Below the pieces are notes generated by a model. The model did no database searches, had not been told where the DNA came from, and saw only the letters and a program-made list of their open reading frames with translations. Positions 25,101-38,360 of a stretch of 64,000 nucleotides of DNA are shown here, one piece after another. This stretch comes from Eledone cirrhosa. Its lineage: Eukaryota. Location: the NCBI GenBank assembly GCA_964016885.1, contig OZ024741.1, positions 407,712,001 to 407,776,000 on the forward strand. Direction: 5' to 3'. The stretch's first letter is position 1. Each line of letters begins with the position of its first letter. Position numbers and translations under genes: made by a program.

Positions 25101-28100
25101 TGGTACTGGTGGTGTTGGTGGTAGTGTTGGTACTGGTGGTGTGTGTGGTAGTGTTGGTACAGGTGGTGTTGGTGGTAGTGTTGGTACTGGTGGTGTTGGT
25201 GATAGTGTTGGTACAGGTGGTGTTGGTGATAGTGTTGGTACTGGTGGTGTTGGTGGTAGTGTTGGTACTGGTGGTGGTGGTGGTAGTGTTGGTACTGGTG
25301 GTGTTGGTGGTAGCGTTGGTATTGGTGGTGTTAGTGGTAGTGTTGGTACTGGAGGTGTTTGTGGTAGTGTTGGTACTGGTGGTGTTTGTGGTAGTGTTGG
25401 TACTGGTGGTGTTGGTGTTTGTGTTGGCACTGGTGGTGTTGTTGGTAGTGTTGGTACTGGTACTGGTGGTGTTGGTGGTAGTGTTGGTACTGGTACTGGT
25501 GGTGTTGGTGGTATTGTTGGTACTGGTACTGTTTGTGTTGGTGGTAGTGTTGGTACTGGTACTGGTGGTGTTGGTGGTAGTGTTGGTAGTGGTACTGTTG
25601 GTGTTGGTGGTAGTATCTGTACTGGTACTGGTGGTGTTGGTGGTAGTGTTGGTACTGGTGGTGTTGGTGGTACTGTTGGTACTGGTGGTGTTGGTGTTGG
25701 TGGTAGTGTTGATACTGGTGGTTATGGTGGTAGTGTTGGTACTGGTGGTGTTGGTGGTAGTGTTGGTACTGGTGGTGTTGGTGGTAGTGTTGGCACTGGT
25801 GGTGTTGGTGGTAGTGTTGGTACTGGTGGTGTTGGTGGTAGTGTTGGCACTGGTGGTGTTGGTGGTAGTGTTGGTACTGGTGGTGTTGGTGGTAGTGTTG
25901 GTACTGGTGGTGTTGGTGGTAGCGTTGATACTGGTGGTGTTGGTGGTAGTGTTGGTACTGGTAATGTTGTTGGTAGTGTTGGTACTGGTGGTGTTGGTGG
26001 TAGTGTTGGTACTGGTGGTGTTGGTGGTAGTGTTGGTACTGGTGGTGTTGGTGGTAGTGTTGGTAATGGTGGTGATGGTGGTAGTGTTGGTATTGGTGGT
26101 GTAGGTGGTAGTGTTGTTACTGGTGGTATTGGTGGTAGTGTTGGTGCTGGTGGTGTTGGTGGTAGTGTTGTTACCGGTGGTGTTGGTGGTGGTGTTGTTA
26201 CTGGTACTGGTGGAGTTGGTGGTAGTGTTGGTACTGGTGGTGTTGGTGGTAGTGTTAGTACTGGTACTGGTGGTGTTGGTGATAGTGTTGGTATTGGTGG
26301 TGTTGGTGGTACTGTTGGTACTGGTGGTGTTGGTGGTAGTGTTGGTACTGGTGGAAGTGTTGGTACTGGTGGTGTTGGTGGTAGTGTTGGTATTGGTGGT
26401 GTTGGTGGTAGTGTTGGTACTGGTGGTGTTGGTGGTAGTGTTGGTAATGGTGGTGTTGGTGGTAGTGTTGGTATTGGTGGTGTTGGTGGTAGTGTTGGTA
26501 TTAGTGGTGTTGGTGGTAGTGTTGGTACTGGTGGTGTTGGTGGTGGTGTTGGTACTGGTACTGGTGGTGTTGGTGGTAGTGTTGGTACTGGTGGTGTTGG
26601 TGGTAGTGTTGGAACTGGTACTGGTGGTGGTAGTGTTGGTACTGGTGGTGTTGTTGGTAGTGTTGGTATTGGTGGTGTTGGTGGTAGTGTTGGTAATGGT
26701 CGTGTTGGTGGTAGTGTTGGTACTGGTGGTGTTTGTGGTAGTGTTGGTACTGGTGGTTTGGTGGTAATATTGGTACAGGTGGTGTTGGTGGTAGTGTTGA
26801 TACTGGTGGTGTTGGTGGTAATGTTGGTATTGGTGGTGTAGGTGGTAGTGTTGTTACTGGTGGTGTTGGTGGTAGTGTTGGTGCTGGTGCTGTTGGTGGT
26901 AGTGTTGTTACTGTTGGTGTTGGTGGTGGTGTTGTTACTGGTACTGGTGGTGTTGGTGGTAGTGTTGGTACTGGTATTGGTGGTGTTGGTGGTAGTGTTG
27001 GTACTGCTGGTGTTGGTGGTGGTGTTGTTACTGGTACTGGTGGTGTTGGTGGTAGTGTTGGTACTGGTATTGGTGGTGTTGGTGGTAGTGTTGGTACTGC
27101 TGGTGTTGGTGGTAGTGTTGGTACTGGTGGTGTTGGTGGTAGTGTTAGTACTGGTACTGGTGCTGTTGGTGATAGTGTTGGTATTGGTGGTGTTGGTGGT
27201 ACTGTTGGTACTGGTGGTGTTGGTGGTAGTGTTGGTACTGGTGGTGTTGGTGGAAGTGTTGGTACTGGTGGTGTTGGTGGTAGTGTTGGTATTGGTGGTG
27301 TTGGTGGTAGTGTTGGTACTGGTGGTGTTGGTGGTAGTGTTGGTGCTGGTATTGGTGGTGTTGATGGTAGTGTTAGTACTGGTGGTGTTGGTGGTGGTGT
27401 TGGTACTGGTGGTGTTGGTGGTAGTGTTGGTATTGGTGGTGTATGTGGTAGTGTTGTTACTGGTGGTGTTGGTGGTAGTGTTGGTGCTGGTGGTGTTGGT
27501 GGTAGTGTCGGTACTGGTGGTGTTGGTGGTGGTGTTGTTACTGGTACTGGTGGTGTTGGTGGCAGTGTTGGTACTGCTATTGGAGGTACTGGTGGTGTTG
27601 GTGGTAGTGTTGGTACTGGTGGTGTTGGTGGTAGTGTTGGTACTGGTGGTGTTGGTGGTACTGTTGGTACTGGTGGTGTTAGTGGTAGTGTTGGTATTGG
27701 TGTGGTTTGTGGTAGTGTTGGTACTGGTGGAGTTGGTGGTAGTGTTGGTACTGGTAGTGTTGGTGCTAGTATCGGTACTGTTACTGGTGGTAGTGTTGGT
27801 ATTGGTGTTGTTGGTGGTAGTGTTGGTACTGGTGGTGTTGGTGGAAGTGTTGGTACTGGTGGTGTTGGTGGTAGTGTTGGTATAGGTGGTGTTGGTGGTA
27901 GTGTTGGTATTGGTGGTGTTGGTGGTAGTGTTGGTACTGGTGGTGTTGGTGGTAGTGGTGGTATTGGTGGTGTTGGTGGTAGTGTTGGTATAGGTGGTGT
28001 TGGTGGTAATGTTGGTACTGGTGGTGTTGGTGGTAGTGTTGGTACTGGTACTGGTGGTGTTGGTGGTAGTGTTGGTACTGGTGGTGTTGGTGGTAGTGTT

Positions 28101-29890
28101 GGTACTAGTGGTGTTGGTGGTAGTGTTGGTACTGGTGGTGTTGGTGGTAGTGTTGGTACTGGTGGTGTTTGTGGTAGTGTTGGTACTGGTGGTGTTGGTG
28201 GTAGTGTTGGCATTGGTGGTGTTGGTGGTGGTGTTGCTACTGGTGGTGTTGGTGGTAATGTTGGTATTGGTGGTGTAGGTGGTAATGTTGGTATTGGTGG
28301 TGTAGGTGGTAGTGTTGTTACTGGTGGTATTGGTGGTAGTGTTGGTGCTGGTGGTGTTGGTGGTAGTGTTGTTACCGGTGGTGTTGGTGGTAGTGTTCGT
28401 ACTGGTACTGGTGGTGTTGGTGATAGTGTTGGTATTGGTGGTGTTGGCGGTACTGTTGGTACTGGTGGTGTTGGTGGTAGTGTTGGTACTGGTGGTGTTG
28501 GTGGAAGTGTTGGTACTGGTGGTGTTGGTGGTAGTGTTGGTATTGGTGGTGTTGGTGGTAGTGTTGGTACTGGTGGTGTTGGTGGTAGTGTTGGTAATGG
28601 TGGTGATGGTGGTAGTGTTGGTATTGGTGGTGTTGGTGGTAGTGTTGGTATTAGTGGTGTTGGTGGTAGTGTTGGTACTGGTGGTGTTGGTGGTGGTGTT
28701 GGTACTGGTACTGGTGGTGTTGCTGGTAGTGTTGGTACTGGTGGTGTTGGTGGTAGTGTTGGAACTGGTACTGGTGGTGGTAGTGTTGGTACTGGTGGTG
28801 TTTTTGGTAGTGTTGGTATTGATGGTGTTGGTGGTAGTGTTGGTAATGGTCGTGTTGGTGGTAGTGTTGGTACTGGTGGTGTTTGTGGTAGTGTTGGTAC
28901 TGGTGGTGTTGGTGGTAGTGTTGGTACTGGTGGTGTGTGTGGTAGTGTTGGTACAGGTGGTGTTGGTGGTAGTGTTGGTACTGGTGGTGTTGGTGATAGT
29001 GTTGGTACAGGTGGTGTTGGTGATAGTGTTGGTACTGGTGGTGTTGGTGGTAGTGTTGGTACTGGTGGTGGTGGTGGTAGTGTTGGTACTGGTGGTGTTG
29101 GTGGTAGCGTTGGTATTGGTGGTGTTAGTGGTAGTGTTGGTACTGGAGGTGTTTGTGGTAGTGTTGGTACTGGTGGTGTTTGTGGTAGTGTTGGTACTGG
29201 TGGTGTTGGTGTTTGTGTTGGCACTGGTGGTGTTGTTGGTAGTGTTGGTACTGGTACTGGTGGTGTTGGTGGTAGTGTTGGTACTGGTACTGGTGGTGTT
29301 GGTGGTATTGTTGGTACTGGTACTGTTTGTGTTGGTGGTAGTGTTGGTACTGGTACTGGTGGTGTTGGTGGTAGTGTTGGTAGTGGTACTGGTGGTGTTG
29401 GTGGTAGTATCTGTACTGGTACTGGTGGTGTTGGTGGTAGTGTTGGTACTGGTGGTGTTGGTGGTACTGTTGGTACTGGTGGTGTTGGTGTTGGTGGTAG
29501 TGTTGATACTGGTGGTTATGGTGGTAGTGTTGGTACTGGTGGTGTTGGTGGTAGTGTTGGTACTGGTGGTGTTGGTGGTAGTGTTGGCACTGGTGGTGTT
29601 GGTGGTAGTGTTGGTACTGGTGGTGTTGGTGGTAGTGTTGACACTGGTGGTGTTGGTGGTAGTGTTGGTACTGGTGGTGTTGGTGGTAGTGTTGGTACTG
29701 GTGGTGTTGGTGGTAGCGTTGATACTGGTGGTGTTGGTGGTAGTGTTGGTACTGGTAATGTTGTTGGTAGTGTTGGTACTGGTGGTGTTGGTGGTAGTGT
29801 TGGTACTGGTGGTGTTGGTGGTAGTGTTGGTACTGGTGGTGTTGGTGGTAGTGTTGGTAATGGTGGTGATGGTGGTAGTGTTGGTATTGG
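22190..29890 (+). repeat. Tandem higher-order repeat, period 3908 bp (second copy lacks 114 bp near 28385)
   Basis: ORF pairs 22197/26105, 22934/26842, 23794/27702, 24086/27994 and 24398/28306 differ by 3908. Later pairs 25430/29224 and 25722/29516 differ by 3794. Confidence 0.92.
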
Positions 29891-32627
29891 TGGTGTTGGT
29901 GGTAGTGTTGGTATTAGTGGTGTTGGTGGTAGTGTTGGTACTGGTGGTGTTGGCGGTGGTGTTGGTACTGGTACTGGTGGTGTTGGTGGTAGTGTTGGTA
30001 CTGGTGGTGTTGGTGGTAGTGTTGGAACTGGTACTGGTGGTGGTAGTGTTGGTATTGGTGGTGTTGGTGGTAGTGTTGGTATTGGTGGTGTTGGTGGTAG
30101 TGTTGGTGGTAGTGTTGGTATTGGTGGTGTCGGTGTTAGTGTTGGTACTGGTAGTGTTGTTGGTAGTGTTGGTATTGGGGGTGTTGGTGGTAGTGTTGGT
30201 ACTTGTGGTGATGGTGGTAGTGTTGGTACTGGTGGTGTTGGTGTTAGTGTTGGCACTGGTGGTGTTGGTGGTAGTTTTGGTACTGGTGTTATTGGTGGTA
30301 GTCTTGGCACTGGTGATGTTGGTGGTAGTGTTGGTACTGGTGGTGTTGGTGGTAGTGTTGGTACTGGTGGTGTTGGTGGTAGTGTTTGTACTGGTGGTGT
30401 TGGTGGTAGTGTTGGTACAGGTGATGTTGGTGGTAGTGTTGGTATTGGTGGTGTTGGTGGTAGTGTTGGTACTGGTGGTGTTGGTGGTAGTGTTGGTACT
30501 GGTACTGGTGGTGTCGGTGTTAGTGTTGGTAAAAGTGGTGTTTGTGGTAGTGTTGGTACTGGTGGTGTTGGTGGTATTGTTGGTACTGGTACTGGTGGTG
30601 TTGGTGGTAGTGTTGGTACTGGTGATGTTGGTGGTAGTGTTGGTATTGGTGGTGTTGGTGGTAGTGTTGGTACTGGTGGTGTTGGTGGTAGTGTTGGAAC
30701 TGGTACTGGTGGTGTTGGTGGTAGTGTTGGTACTGGTGGTGTCGGTGGTAGTGTTTGTACCGGTGGTGTTGGTGGTAGTGTTGGTACAGGTGATGTTGGT
30801 ATTGGTGGTGTTGGTGGTAGTGTTGGTACTGGTGGTGTTGGTGGTAGTGTTGGTACTGGTACTGGTGGTGTTGGTGGTAGTGTTGGTACAAGTGGTGTTG
30901 TTGGTAGTGTTGGTATTGGTGCTGCCGGCGGTAGTGTTGGTATTGGTGGTGTTTGTGGTAGTGTTGGTACTGGTGGTGTTGGTGGTAGTGTTGGTACTGG
31001 TGGTGTTGGTGGTACTGTTGGTACTGGTACTGGTGGTGTTGGTGGTACTGTTGGTACAATTGGTGTTGGTGGTAGTGTTGGTACTGGTGGTGTTGGTGGT
31101 AGTGTTGGTACAGGTGGTGTTGGTGGTAGTGTTGGTATTGGTGGTGTTGGTGGTAGTGTTGGTACTGGTGGGGTTGGTGGTAGTGTTGGTACAGGTGGTG
31201 TTGGTGGTAGTGTTGGTATTGGTGGTGTTGGTGGTAGTGTTGGTATTGGTGGTGTTGGTGGTAGTGTTGGTACTGGTGGTGTTGGTGGTAGTGTTGGTAC
31301 AGGTGGTGTTGGTGGTAGTGTTGGTACTGATGGTGTTGGTGGTAGTGTTGGTATTGGTGGTGTTTGTGGTAGTGTTGGTACTGGTGGTGTTGGTGGTAGT
31401 GTTGGTATTGGTGGTGTTTGTGGTAGTGTTGGTACTGGTGGTGTTGGTGGTAGTGTTGGTATTGGTGGTGTTTGTGGTAGTGTTGGTACTGGTGGTGTTG
31501 GTGGTAGTGTTGGTATTGGTGGTGTTTGTGGTAGTGTTGGTACTGGTGGTGTTGGTGGTAGTGTTGGTATTGGTGGTGTTTGTGGTAGTGTTGGTATTGG
31601 TGGTGTTTGTGGTAGTGTTGGTACTGGTGGTGTTGGTGGTAGTGTTGGTATTGGTGGTGTTTGTGGTAGTGTTGGTACTGGTGGTGTTGGTGGTAGTGTT
31701 GGTACTGGTAGTGTTGGTGGTAGTATTGGTACTGTTACTGGTGGTGTTGGTTGTAGTGTTGGTATTGGTGGTGTTGGTGGTAGTGTTGGTACTGGTGGTG
31801 TTGGTGGAAGTGTTGGTACTGGTGGTGTTGGTGGTAGTGTTGGTATTGGTGGTGTTGGTGGTATTGTTGGTATTGTTGGTGTTGGTGGTTGTGTTGGTAC
31901 TTGTGGTGTTGGTGGTAGTGGTGGTATTGGTGGTGTTGGTGGTAGTGTTGGTATAGGTGGTGTTGGTGGTAGTGTTAGTACTGGTGGTGTTGGTGGTAGC
32001 GTTGGTACTGTTACTGGTGGTGTTGGTGGTAGTGTTGGTATTGGTGGTGTTGGTGGTAGTGTTGGTACTGGTGGTGTTGGTGGTAGTGTTTGTACAGGTG
32101 CTGTTGGTGGTAGTGTTGGTATTGGTGGTGTTGGTGGTAGTGTTGGTACTGGTGGTGTTGGTGGTAGTGTTGGTACTGGTGGTGTTGGTGGTAGTGGTGG
32201 TATTGGTGGTGTTGGTGGTAGTGTTGGTATTGGTGGTGTTGGTGGTAGTGTTGGTATTGGTGTTGTTGGTGGTAGTGTTGGTATTGGTGGTGTTGGTGGT
32301 AGTGTTGGTATAGGTGGTGTTGGTTGTAGTGTTGGTATTGGTGGTGTTGGTGGTAGTGTTGGTATTGGTGGTGTTGGTGGTAGTGTTGGTACTGGTGGTG
32401 TTGGTGGTAGTGGTGGTATTGGTGGTGTTGGTGGTAGTGTTGGTATAGGTGGTGTTGGTGGTAGTGTTGGTACTGGTGGTGTTGGTGGTAGAGTTGGTAA
32501 TGTTACTGGTGGTGTTGGTGGTAGTGTTGGTATTGGTGGTGTTGGTGGTAGTGTTGGTACTGATGGTGTTGGTGGTAGTGTTGGTACTGGTGGTGTTGGT
32601 GGTAGTGGTGGTATTGGTGGTGTTGGT
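26760..32627. other. Longest frameshift-free stretch (about 5.9 kb); open in the + Gly/Val frame and the - Thr/Asn frame; coding status unsupported
   Basis: It lies between a -1 deletion (26757-26759) and a +1 insertion (32628). Openness is expected from the NNT triplet composition. The Pro-rich frame has a TAA at 29516. Confidence 0.2.
31353..31680 (+). repeat. Local 54-bp dimer expansion (ATT..TGT monomer alternating with consensus)
   Basis: ATTGGTGGTGTTTGT at 31353, 31407, 31461, 31515, 31569, 31596 and 31650. Confidence 0.92.
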
Positions 32628-35600
32628 TGGTAGTGTTGGTATAGGTGGTGTTGGTGGTAGTGTTGGTATTGGTGGTGTTGGTGGTAGTGTTGGTATTGGT
32701 GGTGTTGGTGGTAGTGTTGGTACTGGTGGTGTTGGTGGTAGTGGTGGTATTGGTGGTGTTGGTGGTAGTGTTGGTATAGGTGGTGTTGGTGGTAGTGTTG
32801 GTACTGGTGGTGTTGGTGGTAGAGTTGGTAATGTTACTGGTGGTGTTGGTGGTAGTGTTGGTATTGGTGGTGTTGGTGGTAGTGTTGGTACTGGTGGTGT
32901 TGGTGGTAGTGTTGGTACTGGTGGTGTTGGTGGTAATGTTGGTATTGGTGGTGTTGGTGGTAGTGTTGGTACATGTGCTGTTGGTGGTAGTGTTGGTATT
33001 GGTGGTGTTGGTGGTAGTGTTGGTACTGGTGGTGTTGGTGGTAGTGTTGGTACTGGTACTGGTGGTGTTGGTGGTAGTGTTGGTACTGGTGGTGTTGGTG
33101 GTAGTGTTGGTACTAGTGGTGTTGGTGGTAGTGTTGGTACTGGTGGTGTTGGTGGTAGTGTTGGTGCTGGTATTGGAGGTGTTGATGGTAGTGTTGGCAT
33201 TGGTGGTGTTGGTGGTGGTTTTGGTACTGGTGGTGTTGGTGGTAGTGTTGGTACTGGTACTGGTGGTGTTGGTGGTAGTGTTGGTACATGTGCTGTTGGT
33301 GGTAGTGTTGGTACTGGTGGTGTTGGTGGTAGTGTTGGTACTAGTGGTGTTGGTGGTAGTGTTGGTACTGGTGGTGTTGGTGGTAGTGTTGGTACTGGTG
33401 GTGTTGGTGATAGTGTTGGTACTGGTGGTGTTGGTGGTAGTGTTGGCATTGGTGGTGTTGGTGGTGGTGTTGCTACTGGTGGTGTTGGTGGTAATGTTGG
33501 TATTGGTGGTGTAGGTGGTAATGTTGGTATTGGTGGTGTAGGTGGTAGTGTTGTTACTGGTGGTATTGGTGGTAGTGTTGGTGCTGGTGGTGTTGGTGGT
33601 AGTGTTGTTACCGGTGGTGTTGGTGGTGGTGTTGTTACTGGTACTGGTGGTGTTGGTGGTAGTGTTAGTACTGGTACTGGTGGTGTTGGTGATAGTGTTG
33701 GTATTGGTGGTGTTGGTGGTACTGTTGGTATTGGTGGTGTTGGTGGTAGTGTTGGTACTGGAGGTGTTGGTGGAAGTGTTGGTACTGGTGGTGTTGGTGG
33801 TAGTGTTGGTATTGGTGGTGTTGGTGGTAGTGTTGGTACTGGTGGTGTTGGTGGTAGTGTTGGTATTGGTGGTGTTGGTGGTAGTGTTGGTATTAGTGGT
33901 GTTGGTGGTAGTGTTGGTACTGGTGGTGTTGGTGGTGGTGTTGGTACTGGTACTGGTGGTGTTGGTGGTAGTGTTGGTACTAGTGGTGTTGGTGGTAGTG
34001 TTGGAACTGGTACTGGTGGTGGTAGTGTTGGTACTGGTGGTGTTGTTGGTAGTGTTGGTATTGGTGGTGTTGGTGGTAGTGTTGGTAATGGTCGTGTTGG
34101 TGGTAGTGTTGGTACTGGTGGTGTTTGTGGTAGTGTTGGTACTGGTGGTGTAGGTGGTCGTGTTGTTACTGGTGGTGTTGGTGGTAGTGTTGGTGCTGGT
34201 GCTGTTGGTGGTAGTGTTGTTACTGTTGGTGTTGGTGGTGGTGTTGTTACTGGTACTGGTGGTGTTGGTGGTAGTGTTGGTACTGGTATTGGTGGTGTTG
34301 GTGGTAGTGTTGCTACTGGTGGTGTTGGTGGTAGTGTTGGTACTGGTGGTGTTGGTGGTAGTGTTGGTACTGGTGGTGTTGGTACTGGTGGTGTTGGTGG
34401 TAGTGTTGGTATTGGTGGTGTTGGTGGTAGTGTTGGTACTGGTGGTGTTGGTGGTGGTGTTGTTACTGGTAGTGTTGGTGGTAGTGTCGGTACTGGTACT
34501 GGTGGTGTTGGTGGTAGTGTTGATACTGGTGGTGTGTGTGGTAGTGTTGGTACTGGTGGTGTTGCTGGTAGTGTTGGTACTGGTGGTGTTGGTGGTAATG
34601 TTGGTATTGGTGGTGTTGGTGGTAGTGTTGGTACTGGTGGTGTTGGTGGTAGTGTTTATACTGGTGGTGATGGTGGTGGTGTTGGTAGTAGTGTTGGTAC
34701 TGGTGGTGTTGGTGTTGGTGGTAGTGTTGGTACTGGTGGTGTTGGTGGTAGTGTTGGTACTGGTGGTGTTGGTGGTGGTGTTGGTAGTAGTTTTGGTACT
34801 GGTTGTGTTGGTGTTGGTGGTAGTGGTGGTATTGGTGGTGTTGGTGGTAGTGTTGGTATTGGTGGTGTTGGTGGTAGTGTTGGTATTGGTGTTGTTGGTG
34901 GTAGTGTTGGTATTGGTGGTGTTGGTGGTAGTGTTGGTATAGGTGGTGTTGGTTGTAGTGTTGGTATTGGTGGTGTTGGTGGTAGTGTTGGTATTGGTGG
35001 TGTTGGTGGTAGTGTTGGTACTGGTGGTGTTGGTGGTAGTGGTGGTATTGGTGGTGTTGGTGGTAGTGTTGGTATAGGTGGTGTTGGTGGTAGTGTTGGT
35101 ACTGGTGGTGTTGGTGGTAGAGTTGGTAATGTTACTGGTGGTGTTGGTGGTAGTGTTGGTATTGGTGGTGTTGGTGGTAGTGTTGGTACTGATGGTGTTG
35201 GTGGTAGTGTTGGTACTGGTGGTGTTGGTGGTAGTGGTGGTATTGGTGGTGTTGGTTGGTAGTGTTGGTATAGGTGGTGTTGGTGGTAGTGTTGGTATTG
35301 GTGGTGTTGGTGGTAGTGTTGGTATTGGTGGTGTTGGTGGTAGTGTTGGTACTGGTGGTGTTGGTGGTAGTGGTGGTATTGGTGGTGTTGGTGGTAGTGT
35401 TGGTATAGGTGGTGTTGGTGGTAGTGTTGGTACTGGTGGTGTTGGTGGTAGAGTTGGTAATGTTACTGGTGGTGTTGGTGGTAGTGTTGGTATTGGTGGT
35501 GTTGGTGGTAGTGTTGGTACTGGTGGTGTTGGTGGTAGTGTTGGTACTGGTGGTGTTGGTGGTAATGTTGGTATTGGTGGTGTTGGTGGTAGTGTTGGTA

Positions 35601-37300
35601 CATGTGCTGTTGGTGGTAGTGTTGGTATTGGTGGTGTTGGTGGTAGTGTTGGTACTGGTGGTGTTGGTGGTAGTGTTGGTACTGGTACTGGTGGTGTTGG
35701 TGGTAGTGTTGGTACTGGTGGTGTTGGTGGTAGTGTTGGTACTAGTGGTGTTGGTGGTAGTGTTGGTACTGGTGGTGTTGGTGGTAGTGTTGGTGCTAGT
35801 ATTGGAGGTGTTGATGGTAGTGTTGGCATTGGTGGTGTTGGTGGTGGTTTTGGTACTGGTGGTGTTGGTGGTAGTGTTGGTACTAGTGGTGTTGGTGGTA
35901 GTGTTGGTACTGGTGGTGTTGGTGGTAGTGTTGGTACTGGTGGTGTTGGTGATAGTGTTGGTACTGGTGGTGTTGGTGGTAGTGTTGGCATTGGTGGTGT
36001 TGGTGGTGGTGTTGCTACTGGTGGTGTTGGTGGTAATGTTGGTATTGGTGGTGTAGGTGGTAATGTTGGTATTGGTGGTGTAGGTGGTAGTGTTGTTACT
36101 GGTGGTATTGGTGGTAGTGTTGGTGCTGGTGGTGTTGGTGGTAGTGTTGTTACCGGTGGTGTTGGTGGTGGTGTTGTTACTGGTACTGGTGGAGTTGGTG
36201 GTAGTGTTGGTACTGGTATTGGTAGTGTTGGTACTGGTGGTGTTGGTGGTAGTGTTAGTACTGGTACTGGTGGTGTTGGTGATAGTGTTGGTATTGGTGG
36301 TGTTGGTGGTACTGTTGGTACTGGTGGTGTTGGTGGCAGTGTTGGTACTGGTGGTGTTGGTGGAAGTGTTGGTACTGGTGGTGTTGGTGGTAGTGTTGGT
36401 ATTGGTGGTGTTGGTGGTAGTGTTGGTACTGGTGGTGTTGGTGGTAGTGTTGGTATTGGTGGTGTTGGTGGTAGTGTTGGTATTAGTGGTGTTGGTGGTA
36501 GTGTTGGTACTGGTGGTGTTGGTGGTGGTGTTGGTACTGGTACTGGTGGTGTTGGTGGTAGTGTTGGTACTAGTGGTGTTGGTGGTAGTGTTGGAACTGG
36601 TACTGGTGGTGGTAGTGTTGGTACTGGTGGTGTTGTTGGTAGTGTTGGTATTGGTGGTGTTGGTGGTAGTGTTGGTAATGGTCGTGTTGGTGGTAGTGTT
36701 GGTACTGGTGGTGTTTGTGGTAGTGTTGGTACTGGTGGTTTCGTGGTAATATTGGTACAGGTGGTGTTGGTGGTAGTGTTGGTATTGGTGGTGTAGGTGG
36801 TCGTGTTGTTACTGGTGGTGTTGGTGGTAGTGTTGGTGCTGGTGCTGTTGGTGGTAGTGTTGTTACTGTTGGTGTTGGTGGTGGTGTTGTTACTGGTACT
36901 GGTGGTGTTGGTGGTAGTGTTGGTACTGGTATTGGTGGTGTTGGTGGTAGTGTTGCTACCGGTGGTGTTGGTGGTAGTGTTGGTACTGGTGGTGTTGGTG
37001 GTAGTGTTGGTACTGGTGGTGTTGGTACTGGTGGTGTTGGTGGTAGTGTTGGTATTGGTGGTGTTGGTGGTAGTGTTGGTACTGGTGGTGTTGGTGGTGG
37101 TGTTGTTACTGGTACTGGTGGTGTTGCTGGTAGTGTTGGTACTGGTGGTGTTGGTGGTAATGTTGGTATTGGTGGTGTTGGTGGTAGTGTTGGTACTGGT
37201 GGTGTTGGTGGTAGTGTTTATACTGGTGGTGATGGTGGTGGTGTTGGTAGTAGTGTTGGTACTGGTGGTGTTGGTGTTGGTGGTAGTGTTGGTACTGGTG
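32180..37300 (+). repeat. Tandem higher-order repeat, period about 2629 bp
   Basis: A +1 T insertion (GTTGGTTGGTAGT) occurs at 32628 and 35257. ORF pairs 32449/35078 and 32780/35409. The ACATGTGCT variant is shared. Confidence 0.88.
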
Positions 37301-38360
37301 GTGTTGGTGGTAGTGTTGGTACTGGTGGTGTTGGTGGTAGTGTTGGTACTGGTGGTGTTGGTGGTAGTGTTTATACTGGTGGTGATGGTGGTGGTGTTGG
37401 TAGTAGTGTTGGTACTGGTGGTGTTGGTGTTGGTGGTAGTGTTGGTACTGGTGGTGTTGGTGGTAGTGTTGGTATTGGTGGTGTTGGTGGTAGTGTTGGT
37501 ATAGGTGGTGTTGGTGGTAGTGTTGGTACTGGTGGTGTTTGTGGTAGTGTTGGTACTGGTGGTTTGGTGGTAATATTGGTACAGGTGGTGTTGGTGGTAG
37601 TGTTGGTATTGGTGGTGTAGGTGGTCGTGTTGTTACTGGTGGTGTTGGTGGTAGTGTTGGTGCTGGTGCTGTTGGTGGTAGTGTTGTTACTGTTGGTGTT
37701 GGTGGTGGTGTTGTTACTGGTACTGGTGGTGTTGGTGGTAGTGTTGGTACTGGTATTGGTGGTGTTGGTGGTAGTGTTGCTACTGGTGGTGTTGGTGGTA
37801 GTGTTGGTACTGGTGGTGTTGGTGGTAGTGTTGGTACTGGTGGTGTTGGTACTGGTGGTGTTGGTGGTAGTGTTGGTATTGGTGGTGTTGGTGGTAGTGT
37901 TGGTACTGGTGGTGTTGTTGTTGGTGGTAGTGTTGGTACAGGTGATGTTGCTGGTAGTGTTGGTACTGGTGGTGTTGGTGGTAATGTTGGTATTGGTGGT
38001 GTTGGTGGTAGTGTTGGTACTGGTGGTGTTGGTGGTAGTGTTTATACTGGTGGTGATGGTGGTGGTGTTGGTAGTAGTGTTGGTACTGGTGGTGTTGGTG
38101 TTGGTGGTAGTGTTGGTACTGGTGGTGTTGGTGGTAGTGTTGGTACTGGTGGTGTTGGTGGTAGTGTTGGTACTGGTGGTGTTGGTGGTAGTGTTTATAC
38201 TGGTGGTGATGGTGGTGGTGTTGGTAGTAGTGTTGGTACTGGTGGTGTTGGTGTTGGTGGTAGTGTTGGTACTGGTGGTGTTGGTGGTAGTGTTGGTATT
38301 GGTGGTGTTGGTGGTAGTGTTGGTATAGGTGGTGTTGGTGGTAGTGTTGGTACTGGTGGT
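36700..38360 (+). repeat. Tandem duplication, period 824 bp, each copy with an internal 153-bp duplication
   Basis: Frameshift marker at 36739/37563. ORF pair 36797/37621. GTTTATACT marker at 37218, 37371, 38042 and 38195. Confidence 0.87.

Noticed and set aside
25722-33449. 2575-aa minus-strand ORF and similar Pro/Thr/His chimeric ORFs as real genes
   Set aside because: They switch between the three minus-strand readings at indels, start at incidental variant codons and contain no non-repeat sequence. They are kept only as a low-confidence ancestry hypothesis.
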